From NCBI GenBank assembly GCA_030641225.1, contig DAOWHW010000041.1:1-14988 (forward strand): 14,988 bases of DNA. Reading direction: 5' to 3'. This document shows positions 1 to 7,274 of the stretch, one piece after another. Every line of letters begins with the position of its first letter. Position 1 is the first letter of the stretch. Origin of the DNA: an archaeon. GTDB taxonomy: Archaea > Nanobdellota > Nanobdellia > Pacearchaeales > UBA284. Under the pieces are notes generated by a model that had not been told where the DNA came from, did no database searches, and worked only from the letters and a program-made list of their open reading frames with translations. The position numbers and the translations under genes were made by a program.

Positions 1-1
1 A

Positions 2-895
2 AGTACTGTTTTTGGAGCAATACATGAATATTGCAGGAGCAAGGGTTTTTATGAATTTCACTCTCCCTGCCTAACAAGTGGCACAGCTGAAACGGGGCCT
101 ACTTTGTTCAAGGTAGATTTTTATGGAAAACCTCTTTATCTTACTCAGACATGGCAATTTTATGCTGAAGCAGGAATATTCTCACTTGAAAAAATATATA
201 CAATTGCCCCAAGCTTCCGTGCAGAAAAATCAAAGACCCCAAGACATCTATCAGAATATTGGCATGCTGAAGTAGAAGTAGCATGGTTTGATCTTAACAA
301 AATTATTAATTTTACAGAAGTTCTTGTTAAATATGTTATTAAAAAAGTTCTTGAAAAAAATAAAAGAGAACTCGAATTTCTGAAAAGAGACACAAAAGCA
401 TTAAAGACAGCTTTAAAGAAAAAATGGCCAAGAATAACTTATGATAAAGCTCTCAAATTATTAAAAGAAAAGAAAAAGATGAAGATTGCTTGGGGTAAGG
501 ATCTCAGGACAATAGAAGAAGATAAATTAACAGAACTTTTTGATACACCAGTTTTTGTCACACATTATCCAAAAGAAATTATGGCTTTTTATAAGCCGAG
601 AGATCAAAAGAAACCAAAAACAGCAAAATGTTTTGATTTACTTGCTCCAAGTTATGGAGAATTGGTTGGTGGAAGTGAAAGAGATCCAAGTATAAAAGAG
701 ATTATTAAATCTCTTAAAGCAGCTGGCGAGAAAGTTGATAAATATAAATTTTATCTTGATACTAGACGCTATGGTTCCATTCCACACTCTGGTTTTGGTC
801 TTGGAATAGAAAGACTGATAACCTGGCTCTGTCATCTTGATAATATTAAAGATGCAATTCCATTTCCAAGAACAATGCAGAGATATAAACCCTAA
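2..895 (+). CDS. asnS: Asparaginyl-tRNA synthetase, catalytic C-terminal part (5' end lies outside the window)
   Basis: The frame stays open from nt 2 (STVFGAIHEYCRSKGFYEFHSPCLTSGTAETGPTLFKVDFYGK...), so the TTG at 104 in the ORF track is not the true start. Class II aaRS motif 2 is FRAEKSKTPRHLSEYWHAEVEVAW and motif 3 is GFGLGIERLITWL. The GGSER and C-terminal IPFPRT pattern is typical of AsnRS rather than archaeal AspRS. Confidence 0.85.
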   Translation, partial: STVFGAIHEYCRSKGFYEFHSPCLTSGTAETGPTLFKVDFYGKPLYLTQTWQFYAEAGIFSLEKIYTIAPSFRAEKSKTPRHLSEYWHAEVEVAWFDLNKIINFTEVLVKYVIKKVLEKNKRELEFLKRDTKALKTALKKKWPRITYDKALKLLKEKKKMKIAWGKDLRTIEEDKLTELFDTPVFVTHYPKEIMAFYKPRDQKKPKTAKCFDLLAPSYGELVGGSERDPSIKEIIKSLKAAGEKVDKYKFYLDTRRYGSIPHSGFGLGIERLITWLCHLDNIKDAIPFPRTMQRYKP

Positions 896-939
896 AAAAA
901 TCAAAATCAAAAAAATAAAAACAAAATGAAAAACAAAAG

Positions 940-1605
940 ATGAAAATAAATTCAGCAGATATTCAATGGTTGGGACATGCAACATTCAAAATTAATATCG
1001 CTGACAAGGTTATTTATATAGATCCTTATCAACTTACAACAGAAGAAAAAGCAGATATTATTCTTATCACGCATAGCCATTATGATCATTGTTCTCAACA
1101 AGATATCGAGAAAATAGTAAAAGATGGAACAGTAATCATATGCACAGCAGATTCTCAGAGCAAAATAGCAAGAATAAGTAAGAAAATTAAACTTGAATTA
1201 ATTGAACCAGGTATCGAGATAACTCTAGGCTCAATAAGAATAAGGGCTATGGAAGCTTATAATATCAATAAAAAATTTCATCCTAAATCAGAATCTTGGG
1301 TTGGTTTTATCATTCAAGAAAATAACATAGTAATTTATCATGCTGGTGATACTGACATTATTAAAGAAATGAAAAAATTAACTGGCTATGCAAAGAAAGG
1401 AAATAATTTTATTGCCTTACTGCCAGTTGGAGGAACCTATACTATGAATGCAGAAGAAGCAGCCAAAGCTGCTTCAATTATCAAACCAACCTTAGCGATA
1501 CCAATGCACTATGGAGCAATTGTCGGCTCTAGAGCTGATGCAGAAAAATTTATTAGTCTTTGCAGAGAACAAGAAATTAAAGCACAAATTTTAGAAAAAA
1601 GTTAA
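940..1605 (+). CDS. Metallo-beta-lactamase-fold metal-dependent hydrolase (UPF0173/COG2220-like)
   Basis: The N-terminus WLGHATFKI...IYIDPY and the HxHxDH metal motif (ILITHSHYDH), with later HAGDT and PMHY elements, match small archaeal MBL-fold hydrolases. ATG start at 940. Confidence 0.75.
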   Translation: MKINSADIQWLGHATFKINIADKVIYIDPYQLTTEEKADIILITHSHYDHCSQQDIEKIVKDGTVIICTADSQSKIARISKKIKLELIEPGIEITLGSIRIRAMEAYNINKKFHPKSESWVGFIIQENNIVIYHAGDTDIIKEMKKLTGYAKKGNNFIALLPVGGTYTMNAEEAAKAASIIKPTLAIPMHYGAIVGSRADAEKFISLCREQEIKAQILEKS

Positions 1606-1624
1606 AATTTCATAATTTTATTCT

Positions 1625-2515
1625 TTAAATCACAATTAAAAATGTTCCAGCTATAATCAATACTATAGCAATTATTTTTTGAATTATTATACTTTTTCTT
1701 AGCGGTTCTCTCACAATTTTACCAGCTCTGCTTAAGGCTATCGCAATAATAAAAACAAAAAGACCCTGTACAGCTCCGAGAGCAGAAACCAGTGAGATAG
1801 CGGGGGCGATCTTGATAATATAAATATAGACAATGAATGTTATAGCAGAAAGTACACTGATGATTATTACATGGCGAAATCCTCTTATTTGCGCTTTTTT
1901 AGTAATAAGTGGATGATGAAAAATTAATAAAATTATAGCAACAAAAAAACTACCTAAACTAATCCAAAAAAGTAATTGGAAAGAAGAAGCATAAAGTGTA
2001 GCATATCTAACAAGAACACTTCTTGTTGCAAAAAATATTGCAGCTATTAAAACAGCGATGATAACAGAACTTAGATATAATTTTTTACTTTTTTTGTGTT
2101 TTTTTATTGAAATTAAAAATCCCCCAGCAATAAGCAAGGCCATTCCAGTATATCTAATTGCTGTAAAAAATTCCTGCAAGAAAATTGTTGCTAAAATAAG
2201 GGTAAATAAAGGAACAAATTCTAACATAGGCATGACTCTTGAGACTTCTTCATGTTTAAGGCTTTTATAATAGAAAAAAATAGCTATCATAAACATAACT
2301 CCTGCAATAACTGAAGCTAAAATAATATTAAATGGAAGTTTTATTTCTTGATTAGTTATAAAAAATACCAAATTAAATAAAATGAATATTATGACTCCAT
2401 AAACAGTTGTACATAAAAAAGGATCCCTGAGCTCATCTGTAACAATATGTTTATCATAGATATTAATGATTGCCCAAAGAAATACTATTATTAACATTAA
2501 AATTAACCATAACAT
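1625..2515 (-). CDS. EamA/DMT-superfamily membrane transporter
   Basis: 296 aa, about 10 hydrophobic segments in two similar halves, with a short basic central loop (KKHKKSKK). This is the typical EamA duplication architecture. The ATG lies 3 nt after the stop of the upstream permease. Confidence 0.6.
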   Translation of the reverse strand: MLWLILMLIIVFLWAIINIYDKHIVTDELRDPFLCTTVYGVIIFILFNLVFFITNQEIKLPFNIILASVIAGVMFMIAIFFYYKSLKHEEVSRVMPMLEFVPLFTLILATIFLQEFFTAIRYTGMALLIAGGFLISIKKHKKSKKLYLSSVIIAVLIAAIFFATRSVLVRYATLYASSFQLLFWISLGSFFVAIILLIFHHPLITKKAQIRGFRHVIIISVLSAITFIVYIYIIKIAPAISLVSALGAVQGLFVFIIAIALSRAGKIVREPLRKSIIIQKIIAIVLIIAGTFLIVI

Positions 2516-2518
2516 TTT

Positions 2519-3658
2519 TTAAAACATAAATTGATAAATTATTCCAAAAGCAAAAAGCAAGATTAATAGTGCTGCGATAAACCAATTAATAGGAAAAGTG
2601 AATTCTGGTTTTCTTTGTCCTATTTTTTTGGCTTTGATTGCCATTAATATGATTAAAATTCCTCCAAGGCCCCCAGCGACAGCTCCTGAAAATGAAATAA
2701 TATCAATAAAACTTGCAAATTGGAATAAAATAATTGGTATTGTTATTAATAAGACAGGAATACAGGTAAGAAGCCATGAAGTAAAATGTTTGAATTTTAA
2801 ATCATACCAGAAAATTTGTTTTTGTGCTATTCCAATTGCAAGAAAAGAAGTAAACATTGTGAAAAGAGCAAAAAGACAAGCAATTCTTCCAAGACTTATT
2901 GTTGCAATTTCTGGAGTTGCTTGTCCACTATAAGCAAAAACCGTCAGCGTGAATAGAATATAAACAGCAATGGGAATTATTGATCCTACTATTATAGCCT
3001 TTTTCATAGATGCTTTTGCCTTCTTGCTTTTCAAAATTTCTTTCATTTCAGGAATTGCGGCAAAACCAAGATAAGCAAAAAGTATGGCCCCATAAGGAAA
3101 GAAAAATCTTAAATTAAGAAAAGGATTATATGTCTTAAGATTTGCAAGTTGTGCTTGTGGTAGGAAAAAGATTGCTATAGCAATTACGGTTACAAGGATT
3201 GCCACTAAACCTATCAGCTCGCCTTTACCAAGTGTTTTAAGACCAAAGAAAATAAGTATGGACATTATAATAAAAAAAGCTAATGCAAACGTAATATTTA
3301 GAGATATAGAAGTTATACCAAAAAAAATGAAACTAAGAACTTCACCTTCACCAATCATATAGGCAACAAGAGCACCATACTGGATTAACATCATTGATAT
3401 CAACATTAAAATTCTGCCCATCTTGCCCAAATAAATAGAAGCATAGCCTGGCAACTGATGTTTTCCTTTTGTTCTCAAAATAATTTCACCAAGATAAAGA
3501 TGTGCAAGTAATGTGATAAGACCAATACCTATAATGTTTATTAGCCCCCAAAACAAACCAGCCTGAGCAAAAACATAAGGAATTCCAAGAATTCCAGCAC
3601 CAATTATCATTCCTACAAGAGTGGCTATAGCCTCGGCTGTATATAACCTCTTTTTCAT
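2519..3658 (-). CDS. Amino-acid permease (Aa_trans / Trp-Tyr permease-like, COG0814-type)
   Basis: 379 aa polytopic membrane protein. The N-terminus AIATLVGMIIGAGILGIPYVFAQAGL matches the conserved first-TM signature of this permease family. A palindromic TATA-like TTTTATAAAA at 3679-3688 sits about 25 nt upstream of the ATG, suggesting its own leaderless promoter. Confidence 0.6.
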   Translation of the reverse strand: MKKRLYTAEAIATLVGMIIGAGILGIPYVFAQAGLFWGLINIIGIGLITLLAHLYLGEIILRTKGKHQLPGYASIYLGKMGRILMLISMMLIQYGALVAYMIGEGEVLSFIFFGITSISLNITFALAFFIIMSILIFFGLKTLGKGELIGLVAILVTVIAIAIFFLPQAQLANLKTYNPFLNLRFFFPYGAILFAYLGFAAIPEMKEILKSKKAKASMKKAIIVGSIIPIAVYILFTLTVFAYSGQATPEIATISLGRIACLFALFTMFTSFLAIGIAQKQIFWYDLKFKHFTSWLLTCIPVLLITIPIILFQFASFIDIISFSGAVAGGLGGILIILMAIKAKKIGQRKPEFTFPINWFIAALLILLFAFGIIYQFMF

Positions 3659-3706
3659 AATTCAATAAGAAAAATGAATTTTATAAAACTAACCCAAAAT
3701 TTATTT

Positions 3707-4954
3707 TTAGAAAGGTAAGAGCCTTAAAACTAAGGCAGTGATTGGAGCTATAGTTAAATTATCAAGCCATGCTGAAACTAATTCAGTAAGCATAACAACA
3801 GCTGCTGCAATGACAACAACATAAATACCAATATTCAAGAAAGGCATTAAAAGCAGGCCAATAATTAATGAAGAAACAAAACATGCAAGCGAACCTTCAA
3901 GACTTTTATTAAATATTAGCATTTTTTTACCAAATTTAATTCCAATTATTTCTGCAAAAAGATCACCAACCACCAACATTGAAAGAGCAATAATTGCATA
4001 CTCTTTTGCAAAAAAAGCGACTGTAATAATACAGCCAATTAAAAATAAACTGAGATTAGAAATTTTCTTGTCAGACTTTTTATATAATTTTTTGAGATGT
4101 TTCTTTTTTAATACTCTGGCTATATCTTGAGAAATAAAAAATAAAAAGATGACTCCAATTAAAACCAAGAGCCAGAATTTTGACATAACAAAATAAAGTA
4201 AAGGAAAAATTATTGTCGCAAGCCGCAATAATTTTCTTAATACTTTTATTTTTTTCTTCTTTCTTTTACCAAATTTCATATCTTTTTTCAAATTTTTTAG
4301 ATTTTTTGTTGTTATTATTGATGTAAATATAACATACAACAAAAAGAATGTTAATGCAGAAGCAAGAATAATAAGATTAAATCTAATTGCATTTATCCAA
4401 ATTACTGTGAGCCATATTGGGACAAAAATAAATGCAGTTAAATTACCAGATCTTTGTATATAATAAAAAATAGAGCCACAAATAACAAAAACAGCTCCAG
4501 AAAAAATTAAAGGCATCAGCATAGGCAATCCAAAATTATTAAGAATACTTCTAAATAAAAAAATGCTGAGCAAAATTATAAATCCATAAGTTGTTGCAGC
4601 TCCTTTTCCTCCTTTAAAATTCAGATAAAAAGGAAAATCATGACCTAAAATAGCAAAAAATCCTGCAAAATAAGCTGCAAGAGGTATTAAAGAAGCATTT
4701 GGAACATTCATAGGAGCCTGAAATATTAACAAGGTTATATAAAAAGCAATAATACCTTTTAACATATCAAACATTGCTGTAATAACACCAGCCCATTTTC
4801 CTATAACATGACCCGCATTCATTGCACCAGCATTTTTACTTCCATATTTTCTTATATCAATTTTTTTAACGAGTTTTCCTAAAATATAAGCAGGACTAAT
4901 ACTTCCTATAAGATATGCTAAAACTAGTGACAAGATCCATAAAAAAATTTCCAT
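3707..4954 (-). CDS. Fusion membrane protein: N-terminal PlsY-like (acyl-phosphate:glycerol-3-phosphate acyltransferase family) domain plus C-terminal dolichol/polyprenol kinase or CdsA-like (CTP_transf_1 superfamily) domain
   Basis: Residues 1 to about 215 carry PlsY signatures: GSISPAYILGKL..IDIRKYGSKNAGAMNA, MLKG, and GHDFPFYLNFKGGKGAAT. A lysine-rich linker follows (KKDMKFGKRKKKKIKVLRK). Residues from about 240 to 415 carry the dolichol-kinase/CdsA-type signatures VGDLFAEIIGIKFGKK....KSLEGSLACF and a C-terminal DNLTIAP. Confidence 0.7.
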   Translation of the reverse strand: MEIFLWILSLVLAYLIGSISPAYILGKLVKKIDIRKYGSKNAGAMNAGHVIGKWAGVITAMFDMLKGIIAFYITLLIFQAPMNVPNASLIPLAAYFAGFFAILGHDFPFYLNFKGGKGAATTYGFIILLSIFLFRSILNNFGLPMLMPLIFSGAVFVICGSIFYYIQRSGNLTAFIFVPIWLTVIWINAIRFNLIILASALTFFLLYVIFTSIITTKNLKNLKKDMKFGKRKKKKIKVLRKLLRLATIIFPLLYFVMSKFWLLVLIGVIFLFFISQDIARVLKKKHLKKLYKKSDKKISNLSLFLIGCIITVAFFAKEYAIIALSMLVVGDLFAEIIGIKFGKKMLIFNKSLEGSLACFVSSLIIGLLLMPFLNIGIYVVVIAAAVVMLTELVSAWLDNLTIAPITALVLRLLPF

Positions 4955-5021
4955 TTTACTTCTTTTTTTCTAAAATAATATAAACAATAACACTTATTAA
5001 GCTTTTTCTCTTCTATATTTT

Positions 5022-5093
5022 GGGTCTATAGTCTAATGGATAAAACGACTGGCTTCGGACCAGTAGTTGGGGGTTCGACTCCTCCTAGGCCCA
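5022..5093 (+). tRNA. tRNA-Arg (anticodon UCG), 72 nt, no encoded CCA
   Basis: Manual cloverleaf. The acceptor stem GGGTCTA/TAGGCCC has 7 bp including one G-U pair. The D arm is GTCT-AATGGATA-AAAC. The anticodon stem ACTGG/CCAGT carries loop CTTCGGA, with anticodon TCG at 5055-5057 and G37. The variable loop is AGTT. The T arm is GGGGG-TTCGACT-CCTCC. The discriminator is A at 5093. Confidence 0.9.
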
Positions 5094-5813
5094 TATTTCT
5101 ATAAAATAAAAAGTCTCATTATCTTTAACATGCTTGACAAATTTTAGATGTAAAGAATTAAGCATGTCTTCAAACCATTTTCTTTCTCTCAATCTTTTTC
5201 TGCCACCTAAGGTAATGTTAGAAAAACTTGCAATTATATATTTTGATTTCTTTGATATTTTTTCAAGTAACTTTTTTGTTATGTTCTGCTCAATATCTTC
5301 GAGAGCATCAAAAACTTTAAGGCAGAAATAAATATCAGCTTTTTCAAAACTTATGTTAAGAATATTTTTACTAAAAATTTTTCCATTAATATTTTTTTCT
5401 TTAGCAAATCTATTAACAAATTTTACAATAGCTTTATCTATATCATATCCAATATATTCTTTTGGAATAAAATTATTATAATACAAGGCAATAAGATTGA
5501 AACCGCAGCCAAGATCAATTATCTTTTTTGCATTGATTTTTTTTATCTCAGAAATTAGCCAAGGATAAATGTCAAATCTTTCTCTTGTTGATCTATGCAT
5601 GCGAAGAACATCTTTTGAAAAAACAATCTTTTCAAATTTTTTATAAAATCTTTGTGATAAGGCCGAAGTACTAATTTTCCTGAGTTTTGCTCTAACAAAT
5701 TTTAGTTTTTCTCTTTCTGTTTTTGCTTTTATTACTTTCATTATTTCTTTTATAAAATTTTTATTAATAAAACTGTATGGTTTTTTTGCTGTTACTTTTT
5801 CTATACTAATCAT
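5085..5813 (-). CDS. FmrO/ArmA/Rmt-family 16S rRNA (guanine-N7)-methyltransferase homologue (aminoglycoside-resistance-type fold)
   Basis: By-eye alignment to remembered ArmA and RmtB sequences. LRMHRSTRERF matches L.IH.ST.ER. IIDLGCGFNLIALY matches the ILDFGCGFNPLALY SAM motif. YIGYDIDKAIV matches YHAYDIDRAEI. CLKVFDALEDIEQN matches LLKMLPVLKQQ. IIASFSNITLGGRKR...WFE matches VISFPIKSLSGKEKGM...WFE. The length of 242 aa compares with about 250-257 aa for those proteins. The last 9 nt overlap the 3' end of tRNA-Arg on the opposite strand. Confidence 0.65.
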   Translation of the reverse strand: MISIEKVTAKKPYSFINKNFIKEIMKVIKAKTEREKLKFVRAKLRKISTSALSQRFYKKFEKIVFSKDVLRMHRSTRERFDIYPWLISEIKKINAKKIIDLGCGFNLIALYYNNFIPKEYIGYDIDKAIVKFVNRFAKEKNINGKIFSKNILNISFEKADIYFCLKVFDALEDIEQNITKKLLEKISKKSKYIIASFSNITLGGRKRLRERKWFEDMLNSLHLKFVKHVKDNETFYFIEIWA

Positions 5814-5858
5814 ACAAGAGATAGAAAATTAAAACTTAAAAAATGTTTCGAAGTAAAA

Positions 5859-5866
5859 TTTATAAA
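5859..5866 (+). promoter_or_regulatory. Candidate TATA box for the RuBisCO gene
   Basis: TTTATAAA is preceded by an A-rich BRE-like stretch, about 70 nt upstream of the ATG. A GAGG Shine-Dalgarno-like element at 5922-5925 lies 9 nt before the ATG at 5935. Confidence 0.3.
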
Positions 5867-5934
5867 CTTTTTTTTCCTTAATTTCTAAAGGAAAAAGAGG
5901 CAGAATGAATAGAAAAAGCATGAGGAAGTAAAAA

Positions 5935-7200
5935 ATGAAATATACAGATTATGTTGATTTGCATTATAAGCCTAAAAAGACAGATTTAGTTTGTTTTTTT
6001 TATATGGAGCCTGCTCGTGGTGTGAAGATTAAAAAAGCAGCAGGAGCAGTAGCCTCTGAATCTAGTATTGGAACATGGACTGAAGTTACTAAAGCTCCAA
6101 AGAGAATAGATAAATTAGCTGCTAAGGTTTTTTCTATTCACAAGAATTATGTTAAAATAGCTTATCCTTCTGTCTTATTTGAATCTAGCAATGTTCCACA
6201 AATCTTGAGCAGTATTGCTGGAAATATTTTTGGAATGAAAATTATAAAGAATTTGAAACTTCTTGATATAGAACTTCCAGAAAACATAATTAAAGCTTAT
6301 ATAGGACCAAGATTTGGCATTCATGGTATAAGAAAAATTTTAGGTATTAAAAATAGGCCTCTTCTTGGAACAATAATTAAGCCTAAGTTAGGATTAAATG
6401 AGAAAGAGCATGCACAAGTTGCTTATCATGCCTGGATAGGTGGTTGTGATATTGTTAAAGATGATGAGAATTTGTCAAGTCAGCCATTTAACAAATTTTT
6501 AAAAAGAGTAAGTTTGACTCTGAAGGCCAGAGATTTTGCTGAAGAATTTACAGGTGAAAAAAAAGTGTATATGCCAAATATAACAGCTGAAACAAAAGAG
6601 ATGTTAAGAAGAGCAAGATTTGTTGAAAGACATGGTGGAAGATATGTTATGGTTGATATTATTTCTTGTGGTTGGAGTGCCTTACAAACTTTGAGAGAGG
6701 TTAATCAAGAGCTTAAATTAGTGTTGCATGCTCATAGAGCAGGATACGCTGCTTTTAGCAGAAATCCAAAACATGGCATTAGCATGTTAGTTGTTGCAAA
6801 ACTTGCTAGGCTCATAGGAATAGATCAAATTCATATTGGAACTATTATTGGAAAAATGGCTACACCTAAACGCGAAGTTGTTGATCTTGACCAAGAGATG
6901 GAAAAAAGTTTTGTTGGGAAGTCAGAACATCTTCTTGAGCAGAGATGGTATCATATCAAGCCAGTTTTTGCTGTCTGCTCTGGAGGTTTACATCCTGGAC
7001 ATGTTCCCTATCTCGTAAAACAACTTGGTAAAAATATTATTATACAAATGGGTGGTGGCATCCATGGCCATCCTTTAGGCACTTATGCAGGAGCAAAAGC
7101 AGCAAGACAAGCCCTACTGGCAGTAAAGGAAGGAAAAAATCTTAAGGAATATGCAAAAGAACATTTAGAATTAAAAAAAGCCCTCGAATTCTTTAAATAA
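5935..7200 (+). CDS. rbcL: Ribulose-1,5-bisphosphate carboxylase/oxygenase large subunit, form III (archaeal type)
   Basis: Signature residues present: ASESSIGTWTEV (E60/T65/W66 equivalents), SIAGNIFG (N123), GTIIKPKLGL (K175/K177), GGCDIVKDDENL (K201/D203/E204), LHAHRAG (H294/R295), IHIGTIIGK (H327/K334), CSGGLHPG, and QMGGGIHGHPLG. At 421 aa with no small-subunit gene nearby, it fits form III. Confidence 0.9.
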   Translation: MKYTDYVDLHYKPKKTDLVCFFYMEPARGVKIKKAAGAVASESSIGTWTEVTKAPKRIDKLAAKVFSIHKNYVKIAYPSVLFESSNVPQILSSIAGNIFGMKIIKNLKLLDIELPENIIKAYIGPRFGIHGIRKILGIKNRPLLGTIIKPKLGLNEKEHAQVAYHAWIGGCDIVKDDENLSSQPFNKFLKRVSLTLKARDFAEEFTGEKKVYMPNITAETKEMLRRARFVERHGGRYVMVDIISCGWSALQTLREVNQELKLVLHAHRAGYAAFSRNPKHGISMLVVAKLARLIGIDQIHIGTIIGKMATPKREVVDLDQEMEKSFVGKSEHLLEQRWYHIKPVFAVCSGGLHPGHVPYLVKQLGKNIIIQMGGGIHGHPLGTYAGAKAARQALLAVKEGKNLKEYAKEHLELKKALEFFK

Positions 7201-7231
7201 TAAAGAATGTAAAAGAAAGTTAAGAGAAAGA

Positions 7232-7241
7232 TTTATAAATA
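7232..7241 (+). promoter_or_regulatory. Candidate BRE/TATA for the EF-1 alpha gene
   Basis: GAAAGA-TTTATAAATA is centred about 38 nt upstream of the ATG at 7275, predicting a short 5' leader of roughly 10-15 nt. Confidence 0.35.
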
Positions 7242-7274
7242 TATTTTTTGTTGTCAATATAATTTAACTTGAAA

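Noticed and set aside
160-985. Minus-strand ORFs (77 aa and 115 aa) opposite asnS. The same class of small antisense ORFs occurs at 2058-2270, 2598-2933, 5134-5331, 6836-7018, 7494-7691, 7857-8108, 11049-11321 and 14515-14775.
   Set aside because: All are nested within or antisense to (one in an alternative frame of) confidently identified genes. They have composition-driven sequences and no recognisable motifs.
5905-5931. Tiny upstream ORF (MNRKSMRK) ending 3 nt before the RuBisCO ATG, possibly a regulatory leader peptide
   Set aside because: The same bases supply a GAGG Shine-Dalgarno-like element at the right distance from the rbcL ATG. An 8-codon ORF in A-rich DNA is expected by chance, and there is no attenuator-like structure around it.
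4955-5934. Idea that tRNA-Arg marks the edge of an integrated mobile island carrying the methyltransferase and RuBisCO
   Set aside because: There is no integrase, no excisionase, and no direct repeat of the tRNA 3' end. The only resemblance is the 7-nt TTCGACT shared with the hairpin at 12111-12117, which I consider chance. Lateral acquisition remains possible, but an island cannot be supported from this window.
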